Source: an uncultured Methanosarcinaceae archaeon
Lineage (GTDB): Archaea > Halobacteriota > Methanosarcinia > Methanosarcinales > Methanosarcinaceae
Length of the DNA stretch: 64,000 nt
Direction of reading: 5' to 3'
Assembly: GCA_963733675.1 (NCBI GenBank)
Contig: CAVTET010000001.1
Coordinates: 448,001 to 512,000 of the forward strand
Shown here: positions 56,167 to 64,000 of the stretch, piece by piece
Layout of the letters: each line of letters opens with the position of its first letter
Numbering within the stretch: the stretch's first letter is position 1
Position numbers and translations under genes: made by a program
Notes under the pieces: generated by a model
What the model saw: only the letters and a program-made list of their open reading frames with translations
The model's database searches: none
Told to the model about the DNA's origin: nothing

Positions 56167-57396
56167 ATGACAGTCAATAGACCAAGAGGGACTCGGGATT
56201 TTTTACCTGAAGATACTGCTCGGAGAAAATACGTGGAAAATATTATGCGAAATATTGCCTGCAACTGGGGATACAGTGAAATTATTACACCCACGTTTGA
56301 ATATCTTGACCTTTTTACCCTTAAGTCCGGGGAAGGAATTGAAAGAGAACTTTATAACTTCATGGACAAGGGGGGAAGAGCAATGACCCTAAGGCCGGAA
56401 CTGACTGCTCCCGTCATGCGCCTGTACGTAAACGAACTTCAATCATTTCCTAAACCTTTAAATCTATTCTATTTTGAGAACTGCTTCCGCTATGAGAGGC
56501 CCCAAAAAGGTCGTTTTAGAGAGTTCTGGCAGTTCGGAGTTGAACTTATTGGAAGCGAAAGACCAGATGCTGATGCAGAGGTCATCGCTCTTGCCGACGC
56601 CCTCTTAAAATCAGTTGGAGTCAACTGCTACATGAAAATCGGGAACCTTGCAGTGATACGCACGCTTTTAAGAGGACTTGAGCCCGAAATAGTAAGCAAG
56701 ATCATGCGGCTTATAGACAAGAAAGAATATGCAGGCCTTGAAGCCCTAATTGAAGAGATTGGAGTAGAGGATCAATTAAAATTCAACCTTTTCAAGCTGA
56801 TTAAGCTTGAAGGCAGGTATATAACACCTCAGGTAAAGGAAATAGTTGGGAATATCCCTGAGTTTGTGGCCTTTGAGAAAACCCTTAAACTTCTAGATGC
56901 TTATGGGGTTGATTACTTTCTTGACTTCGGCATTGTACGAGGGCTTGATTACTATACAGGTATGGTATTTGAGGTATATGCAGATGGGCTTGGCGCCCAA
57001 AAACAAATATGTGGGGGAGGTTCTTACCAGCTCATCCAGCTTTTTGGAGGTGGGGATGTTCCTTCAACCGGTTTCGGGATAGGCTTTGACAGAATAATTG
57101 AGATATGTACTTTAGTAAATCCTGCACCTAAAAAAGTTGTGCTTATATCAAAGCCCGAAACCCATCTCGAAGCCATAAAACTTGCAACTGAATTAAGGAA
57201 GTATCTGCCAGTCCGTATAGATCTAATGGAACGCAATTTCAAAACCCAACTCTCTTTCGCAAATACTATCAATGCCGATTACGTGATCATAGTCGGGGAA
57301 AACGAACTTGGAGCGGGGAAGCTTACCCTCAAGGACATGATCTCCGGGGAACAGGAGCTTCTGACTTTAGGTGAAATTATTGAGAAATTTTCATAA
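56167..57396 (+). CDS. hisS: Histidine--tRNA ligase
   Basis: [28 protein letters not shown] and RGLDYYTG. Confidence 0.96.
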   Translation: MTVNRPRGTRDFLPEDTARRKYVENIMRNIACNWGYSEIITPTFEYLDLFTLKSGEGIERELYNFMDKGGRAMTLRPELTAPVMRLYVNELQSFPKPLNLFYFENCFRYERPQKGRFREFWQFGVELIGSERPDADAEVIALADALLKSVGVNCYMKIGNLAVIRTLLRGLEPEIVSKIMRLIDKKEYAGLEALIEEIGVEDQLKFNLFKLIKLEGRYITPQVKEIVGNIPEFVAFEKTLKLLDAYGVDYFLDFGIVRGLDYYTGMVFEVYADGLGAQKQICGGGSYQLIQLFGGGDVPSTGFGIGFDRIIEICTLVNPAPKKVVLISKPETHLEAIKLATELRKYLPVRIDLMERNFKTQLSFANTINADYVIIVGENELGAGKLTLKDMISGEQELLTLGEIIEKFS

Positions 57397-57516
57397 AGCC
57401 AATATTCCGTAGATGTGTACACTTGGTGACTATTCCCCTCACTAAAATTTGGGGCATCTATCGGTTTTACGAACAGATTGTAATCCCAATCTAAGAATAT
57501 TAATGCAGCATTAAGA

Positions 57517-58370
57517 GGTTCCATTGCAAAAACTTCAAAATTAGCATGTAAATCTATGAGTATAAAATAAAGTCAAAAGATCCGAGGGAATTATACCAAC
57601 ATTATAAAATAATACCAAACAATTGATTAATATATTTGACTTCATTAAAAACAGAGTAATTTAGATTATTGACTTGTCTTTTTTTAACCATATTCAGAGC
57701 TTCAATTCCCTTTAAAGTCTTACTAGCAGAGCGAACAAACTGGAAACCTAGCATTGGAACAATTATCCGCTTTATAGATCGATGATCTTGTTCAATAATG
57801 TTATTCAAATACCTGGTTTGTCTAATTTCAACATTTTTAAACAAGTTATTCTCATTTTTCAGTTCATCTATAGCAGGTAGATAAGCTGGATTCTTATCAA
57901 CGGTTATTACTCTTGGAATTTGGTTGTGGTTAGAACTCAAAGCTTTCTTAAAGAATCTCTTTGCTGCTTTTCTATCTCGTTTTGAACTTAACATGAAATC
58001 ATTTGTGTCTCCATCTGAGTCAACTGCTTGGTAAAGATATTTCCATTTACCTTTTACTTTGATATAGGTTTTATCAACTCTCCATGAATCATTCGTTGGT
58101 CTTAAATGCCTTCTTATCCTCTTTTCTATCTCAGGTGAATATTGATGTACCCATCCCATGATTATTATATGGTCGACTTTTATTCCTCTTTCTGCCATAT
58201 TTCCTTTAAATTTCTATAGCTCAATGGATATTTTAAGTACCATCTTACTGTTTGCAGAATGATCTCGCCTACAAAGTGTTTCCATTTAAAGGCATTTAAT
58301 GGCATATTATATACTCTTAAATTCCTATTTATTTCATAGTATCGATCTTATATTTTTTTGCAAAGGAACC
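57517..58370 (-). mobile_element. IS6-family element, frameshifted transposase (ATG 58305)
   Basis: 16-bp TIRs ggttccattgcaaaaa / tttttgcaaaggaacc with one mismatch. FKWKHF, WRVDKTYIKVKGKW and NNIIEQDHR, with a frameshift near 58200. Confidence 0.92.
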
Positions 58371-58527
58371 AAAAATACAACCAAATGGGTATGTATATCC
58401 TGGAAGAAAACTAGTTGATAAATATGAAGTAAAACTATTCATTAAGAAAAAGAATGATGCAGAAGTTGATGGCCGTATCCCAACATTTTAATGACTGAAA
58501 TTAGCCTTCTAAAATCTAAATCATAAT

Positions 58528-60063
58528 TCAATCTTCCCTTTTCATCTGAGGGAAGAGAATTACTTCCTTAATGGATTCAAGACCTGCAAGGATCATGGTA
58601 AACCGATCGATTCCGAGTCCGATACCTCCGGTTGGGGGCAAGCCGTATCCAAGGGCATTTATAAAGTCGTAATCTATTGTCTGGGCTTCCATGTCTCCTA
58701 GCTTCCTTTTCTTATCTTGTTCTTCGAACCTCATCTCCTGCTCAAGAGGATCATTTAATTCTGAATATCCGTTTGCCATTTCCCAGCCATTTATGAAGAG
58801 TTCAAATCTCTCGACAAAACCTGTTTTTTCTCTGTGTTTTTTGGCGAGAGGAGAGTTTTCCACCGGGAAATCGTATATGAAAGTCGGATTTATTAACTTA
58901 TCTTCTACCAGGCCTTCAAAGAGAAGGGTAAGGAACTCTCCATAGGTCTTTGCCTTTTCATGACCTTCTATCCTGTTTTCGAACGCGATTTTTTTAAGTT
59001 CTTCGAGCGAGTGGACAAATATATCAAGCTCATAATATTCTTTCAAGGCTTCTTCCATGGAAATCCGTTTCCAGGGAGGGCATAGATTGATCGTTTTTTC
59101 CCCCATTTTGATTTCATAGCTGCCATTCAGGTTCAACACAAGTTCAGATATCAGGCTTTCGGTTATATCCATCATGTCGTTGTAATCACTATAAGCCTCG
59201 TAGATCTCTATCATCGTGAATTCAGGATTGTGAGTTGTGTCGATATCTTCGTTCCTGAAATTTTTGCATATTTCAAAAACCTTCTCGTATCCCCCAACAA
59301 TAAGCCTCTTGAGATAGAGTTCAGGAGCGATCCTTAGGAATAAGTTCTGGCCAAGAAAGTTATGGTAAGTCATGAAAGGCCTTGCATTTGCACCTCCATA
59401 AACGGTCTGGAGCACAGGGGTTTCAAATTCCAGAAATCCTTTTTCTATAAGGAATCTTCTGATCTCAGATATGAGTTTGCTCCTCATGATGAAAATGTTT
59501 CTTTTTTCAACATTAAATATCAGGTCAAGGTATCTTTTCCTGTACCTTGTCTCGACATCTTTTAAGCCATGGAATTTTTCAGGAATTGCACAAAGAGATT
59601 TTGAAAGTAGTGAGAATTTAAACACGCTGACAGAGTTTTCACCTCTTTTCGTCCTGAAAAGTTTGCCCTGAATCCCTATGATATCTCCTGAATCCACAAG
59701 GTTTTTAAAAATCTCGAAATCCTCATCTGGAAGGTTTCCTTTCCTGAAAAGAATCTGAATCCTGCCAGCTTGATCTCCAAGATCGGCAAATATCATTTTA
59801 CCATGCTTGCGGATATTATACAGTCTTCCTGCAGTTCTGACAGTTAAACTTTCATTCTTTTCATAATCTTCGAATTTTTTCAGGATATCACAAATGTCCT
59901 CGCTTTTCTCAAACTTATAAGGATAAGGATTGAGCCCCTTGGTTCTTATATAATTCAATTTTGCAATTTTAGAGTTGTCAAAAATACTTTTATCTGATAT
60001 ATCAGTATTATCAGACTGGGAAACATTATCCGACGGTTCTGTATTGTTAATGTCCATGCTCAT
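58528..60063 (-). CDS. lysS: Lysine--tRNA ligase, class II
   Basis: YGGANARPF, LRIAPELYLK, FRNE..HNPEF and YGLPPTGG.GLGIDR. Confidence 0.96.
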   Translation of the reverse strand: MSMDINNTEPSDNVSQSDNTDISDKSIFDNSKIAKLNYIRTKGLNPYPYKFEKSEDICDILKKFEDYEKNESLTVRTAGRLYNIRKHGKMIFADLGDQAGRIQILFRKGNLPDEDFEIFKNLVDSGDIIGIQGKLFRTKRGENSVSVFKFSLLSKSLCAIPEKFHGLKDVETRYRKRYLDLIFNVEKRNIFIMRSKLISEIRRFLIEKGFLEFETPVLQTVYGGANARPFMTYHNFLGQNLFLRIAPELYLKRLIVGGYEKVFEICKNFRNEDIDTTHNPEFTMIEIYEAYSDYNDMMDITESLISELVLNLNGSYEIKMGEKTINLCPPWKRISMEEALKEYYELDIFVHSLEELKKIAFENRIEGHEKAKTYGEFLTLLFEGLVEDKLINPTFIYDFPVENSPLAKKHREKTGFVERFELFINGWEMANGYSELNDPLEQEMRFEEQDKKRKLGDMEAQTIDYDFINALGYGLPPTGGIGLGIDRFTMILAGLESIKEVILFPQMKRED

Positions 60064-60600
60064 CTAATCAGTACATCCTCTTCAGTTGAATATGAATGAA
60101 TAAACCAATGAATAAATAATCAATATGCCAGTGATCAATTCGTAAATTGGTAAGTAATCGAGTGTTAGTTAGTTGGCAAGTCAACTATAAATTAATCAAC
60201 AATCAGTGAGTCAGCCAGAGTACCCACTGGAGAATAAAGCTTTCCTGGGAGGTTGAATTCTGCGTTCATTTCTTAGGCTAAAGGCTACAAGTTCAAATTA
60301 TCAAGAATAATAACTGTCTATTAGCCCTTCTTCTTGACATTTATTTTTCCCATACATCCATGCATTTTATATAAACTTTTAGAAAAAGGATTGATGAAAT
60401 TAGCATTGCTTCCAGAGAAAAACTGTTCTCACAGATCTTTTTGTAAAGAAACCTCTTTGTTTATCAATTCATAAGACTTATGATCCCTCAGCTAGATTGA
60501 AATTAATTTTAGATTTTGTCCGATGGTCTCATTAAGTCTCGATTTTCCTATTTAGCTTATATATACGAGTGTTTACTGACGGAGTCCGAGTAATAAGAAG

Positions 60601-60682
60601 ATTTCGATAAACTCCTAAACTTCGTCAGATACTAATCTAGTAGTATGTATCTAATTCGTGAAAATCAGACGTTTATCAAAAT
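60601..60682. repeat. Dispersed ~80-bp inverted-repeat element, subtype A
   Basis: Ends atttcgataaac / gtttatcaaaat; the reverse complement aligns with 19731-19811. Confidence 0.7.
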
Positions 60683-60914
60683 ATTTTCGAGACTTCCAAA
60701 TTATATATCTTCAGGAATTTATCTTCAAGAATGGAAGTAGGATCCCGACTTTTTTTAGATGTGGAAGGAATGCAAATCATATAAATCCCTGTTTTAGTAC
60801 ATATTCAAACGAAAGTTATAAACTTATTTTCATGAATAAACTTATAATGGAATCTACTAAAAAAATACAAATGAAAATAATGGATGCGGGTTTTGATTTA
60901 GTAGATACTCTATA

Positions 60915-61404
60915 ATAAATATGCAAATGGGATGGACTACGTTTCTATTGTGGTTTTTGATAATTGAAGAATCATTCCAGCTAGAAAACTACAACCTATG
61001 GTTTATGCTCATCTCAGAGGAAATCTCGGTTTGAAGTCTCAAGTAGTTATATAATTCAAAACAAATTTAGTTTGTGTATAGGACGATATTCTCAAGGCTT
61101 GTTGCAGGTGTAACCGTATTTCTAAAAATAATAGAAATGGATTGAAATTCCTGTGTAAGGTTTGTGGTTTTGAACTTAACGCCGATTTGAACTGCGCTAG
61201 AAACATCGAACATAAAAAGTATATCTTAGAGTCTCATGGGTGTCTGTCAGCCATCCACGTAGATGATATGATCTGATTTAGCAGGGATAACCATACTTGG
61301 TTACGTCAGTGGTTGGTAGTCAACCAGTACGTTAAAATAAGACCAAAACGTTACTTTCAGGGATCGAAGCAAAATTTCGACTTCTTTAGTGTGGGAAGAA
61401 TGTG
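60915..61404 (+). mobile_element. tnpB: Internally deleted tnpB (IS200/IS605) remnant
   Basis: N-terminal KYANGMDYVS..KLQPMVYAHLR..GLKSQ joined to the zinc ribbon and RuvC-III CCRCN..FLCKVCGFELNADLNCARNI. Confidence 0.75.
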
Positions 61405-61470
61405 TAAGCTTATCAATACCTTTTTTAGTTATCTGAACTTGTCAGGCCGAAGATGGATGTATTTATTCTT

Positions 61471-61620
61471 ATTTTAACTTACTTTAACTTACTTTAACTT
61501 ACTTTAACTTACTTTAACTTACTTTAACTTACTTTAACTTACTTTAACTTACTTTAACTTACTTTAACTTACTTTAACTTACTTTAACTTACTTTAACTT
61601 ACTTTAACTTACTTTAACTT
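61471..61620. repeat. 10-bp tandem repeat (ACTTTAACTT)
   Basis: 14 perfect copies at 61481-61620 plus one variant copy at 61471-61480. Confidence 0.97.
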
Positions 61621-61875
61621 ATTTATTGAGAGTAAAATTTATGCTACATAAATCTTTATGGGAAGCTCGTAAATATTTTTGAATAAATTTACTATTCAAT
61701 AAATAAATTGTTGAATATTCGCAAAAAATACAAGAAAAGAGTACGTTCATCACAAACTATTTATGCAATAGTTGTGATTAGAGGGATGCATCGATGTAAG
61801 AGGTGCTCCCTAATGCAGTAGGGCGGCGTGGAAAATGAACCTCTAAGGTGCAAAAAGAAAGTGGAGATCACAACT

Positions 61876-61949
61876 GGGCCCGTAGCTCAGTCAGGCAGAG
61901 CGTCTGGCTTTTAACCAGACGGCCTAGGGTTCAAATCCCTACGGGCCCG
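61876..61949 (+). tRNA. tRNA-Lys(TTT)
   Basis: Acceptor stem gggcccg/cgggccc, anticodon arm tctgg-cTTTtaa-ccaga region with UUU anticodon, T loop ggttcaaatcc; CCA not encoded. Confidence 0.96.
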
Positions 61950-62032
61950 TCATTATTATTAATTGTACCCGATGGAAAGATCATTTCATTCCCGGGAAGT
62001 CTTTTGGGATACTTTATTTTGGAGGGAAGGAT

Positions 62033-62269
62033 TTGACAAAATTTAGCCTGCTCAACCATGAGTCGGTACCAAAACATGAAATCATGTCTGAGGGCGAGTT
62101 AAAATCTGTTTTAAGCAATTATTTTGTTGAAAAAGAGCAACTTCCGAAAATAAAAGTGCATGACCCTGTTTGTAAAGAAATAGGAGCTACAGTCGGAGAT
62201 GTAATAAAAATCACAAGAAAAAGTCAAACTGCAGGGGAGGCAGAATATTATAGATTTGTGATCGAATAA
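62033..62269 (+). CDS. rpoH: RNA polymerase subunit H (Rpo5)
   Basis: H..VPKHEI, QLPKI...DPV and IKITRKSQTAG..YYR. RBS ggagg precedes the TTG start. Confidence 0.96.
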   Translation: MTKFSLLNHESVPKHEIMSEGELKSVLSNYFVEKEQLPKIKVHDPVCKEIGATVGDVIKITRKSQTAGEAEYYRFVIE

Positions 62270-62426
62270 AGCGGATGAAAACATAACCTCATTCGAGATC
62301 AAAATTTTTTACAAATAAGTTTTTTTTGAATCCCATGCACCATCGCAAGGAAATATTCAACGCTTCAGACATCTGAAGATCATATCTGGTCAATTTTCAT
62401 TTTAATAAAGCAAAGAGGGTGCTATC

Positions 62427-64000
62427 ATCGCGTTAGGAAGCAGTATACTGTCGCAGGCTTATTTTACACGGGACAAAATAGTGCAGCACCATATCGATTC
62501 TTTTAACAAATTTATAGATTATGGGCTGCAAAAGATTATAGACGAACAGAAAATAATAGAAACTGACATTGAGGATACGTATCTCAAACTAGGTAAGATC
62601 AGAGTAGAACATCCGGTGGTGAAGGAAGCAGACGGAGCGATCGAAAAGCTTTATCCAAATGAAGGAAGACTCCGAAATCTATCATACTCAGGCCCTCTCT
62701 ACCTAGAAATGAGTGTGGTTAAAGATGGCATAGAGTCCGAGGTAATGGAAGCAAAGATAGGGCAGCTTCCAATCATGATTAAGTCCAAGGTCTGCAATCT
62801 TCTGGGACTTAGTGAGACTGAAAAAGTACGTTATGGGGAAGATCCCCTCGATCCTGGAGGGTATTTCATTGTCGGGGGCACCGAGAGAGTGATCATGACT
62901 CTTGAAGACCTCGCACCTAACAAAATTCTTGTAGAGTATGGCGAAAGATATGGCGATGCTATAGAGGTTGCAAAAGTTTTTTCCCAAAAACGTGGGTATA
63001 GAGCGCTCGTAATTGTAGAAAGAGGACGAAAGTCCCTGCTCGAGGTTTCCTTCCCTTCTATTTCAGGAAGAATATTTTTCATTACCCTCATGAGAGCTCT
63101 TGGGATTGTAACTGATGAGGATATAGTAAACGCAGTTTCAAGTGATCCAGAAATTATCAAATTCATGCTAGAGAACCTTGAAGAAGCTGAGGTCGAGACC
63201 CAGGAAGAAGCAATTGAAAAGATAGGCGCAAGGGTCGCTGCAGGGCAGGCCAAGGAATACCAGATAAAAAGAGCAAACTATGTAATTGATAGGTATCTTT
63301 TCCCACATCTCGGAAATGATATCATTGATAGGGTTTCAAAAGCTCACTTCTTGGCAAGGATGGCTGAATCCTGTTTTGAACTGGCCCTTGGTAAGCGTTT
63401 GGAAGACGACAAAGACCACTATGCAAATAAAAGGCTCAAACTCGCAGGAGACCTGATGGAAGACCTCTTTAGAGTATCTTTCAATAGGCTAGCAAGAGAT
63501 ATCAAATACCAGCTTGAGCGCGCAAATATGCGGAACAGAGAACTTAATGTCGCCACAATAGTCCGAGCAGATGTCCTGACTGACCGCCTGCAACACCCAT
63601 TAGCAACCGGGAACTGGGTTGGAGGAAGAACAGGTGTGTCTCAACTTCTGGACAGAAACGACTATATCTCTACTCTATCTCACCTGCGCCGCGTTATTTC
63701 TCCCCTTTCTCGTGCACAACCGCATTTTGAGGCTAGAGACCTACATGCAACTCAGTGGGGACGGCTTTGTCCTTCAGAAACCCCCGAAGGACCGAATTGT
63801 GGCTTGGTGAAAAACTTTGCCGAGATGGTTGAACTCTCCACCGGTATAGAAGAAACAGAAGGCGTAAAGAAAATACTCTACGACCTGAACGTCGAACGTG
63901 TGGTTGTAAAGGTACCGGAAATCCCAGCTAGAATAAAGGAAATCCTACTCGACGAGTTCGGAGAAGAGATAGTTGAAGAGTTTGAAGAAACTCCGGAAAT
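62427..64000 (+). CDS. rpoB: RNA polymerase subunit B'' (Rpo2N), partial; runs off the window
   Basis: VQHHIDSFN, DPGGYFIVGG.ERV, DKDHYANKRLKLAG and CPSETPEGPNCGLVKN. The start is uncertain (see finding). Confidence 0.93.
   Translation, partial: MALGSSILSQAYFTRDKIVQHHIDSFNKFIDYGLQKIIDEQKIIETDIEDTYLKLGKIRVEHPVVKEADGAIEKLYPNEGRLRNLSYSGPLYLEMSVVKDGIESEVMEAKIGQLPIMIKSKVCNLLGLSETEKVRYGEDPLDPGGYFIVGGTERVIMTLEDLAPNKILVEYGERYGDAIEVAKVFSQKRGYRALVIVERGRKSLLEVSFPSISGRIFFITLMRALGIVTDEDIVNAVSSDPEIIKFMLENLEEAEVETQEEAIEKIGARVAAGQAKEYQIKRANYVIDRYLFPHLGNDIIDRVSKAHFLARMAESCFELALGKRLEDDKDHYANKRLKLAGDLMEDLFRVSFNRLARDIKYQLERANMRNRELNVATIVRADVLTDRLQHPLATGNWVGGRTGVSQLLDRNDYISTLSHLRRVISPLSRAQPHFEARDLHATQWGRLCPSETPEGPNCGLVKNFAEMVELSTGIEETEGVKKILYDLNVERVVVKVPEIPARIKEILLDEFGEEIVEEFEETPE

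Noticed and set aside
61471-61620. CRISPR array beside a TnpB/Cas12f-like gene
   Set aside because: The units are 10 bp with no spacers, and the adjacent tnpB is a deleted remnant.
61848-62036. 62-aa ORF
   Set aside because: Spans the tRNA-Lys gene, so it is spurious.

Overview
This is an AT-rich archaeal window, inferred to be from a Methanosarcina-like methanogen because it carries SepRS, class II LysRS, split rpoB, Hef and the modified archaeal mevalonate pathway. Intact housekeeping genes (engB, sepS, hef, glyS, cbiA, acnA, glmM, PMD/AMPD cluster, citrate synthase, hisS, lysS, tRNA-Lys, rpoH, rpoB'') are separated by long spacers full of decayed genes (MBL hydrolase, DUF1254, translin, hsdR, kaiC, M50 protease, surface proteins) and IS debris (IS5, IS6, IS630, IS481, IS200/IS605-TnpB). 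No CRISPR array or intact defence system was found, and I cannot support a complete new multi-gene system here. The best leads are: a dispersed family of ~80-bp inverted-repeat elements with two subtypes; an unannotated 28-aa Trp/Gly-rich small ORF with a strong RBS; an apparent ATC start for rpoB''; a Lys-rich uORF upstream of lysS; a hidden His/Cys-rich ORF with an in-frame amber; two IS5 copies sharing the same nonsense codons; and structured elements before tRNA-Lys and cbiA. Family assignments come from motif recognition by eye, not database searches.
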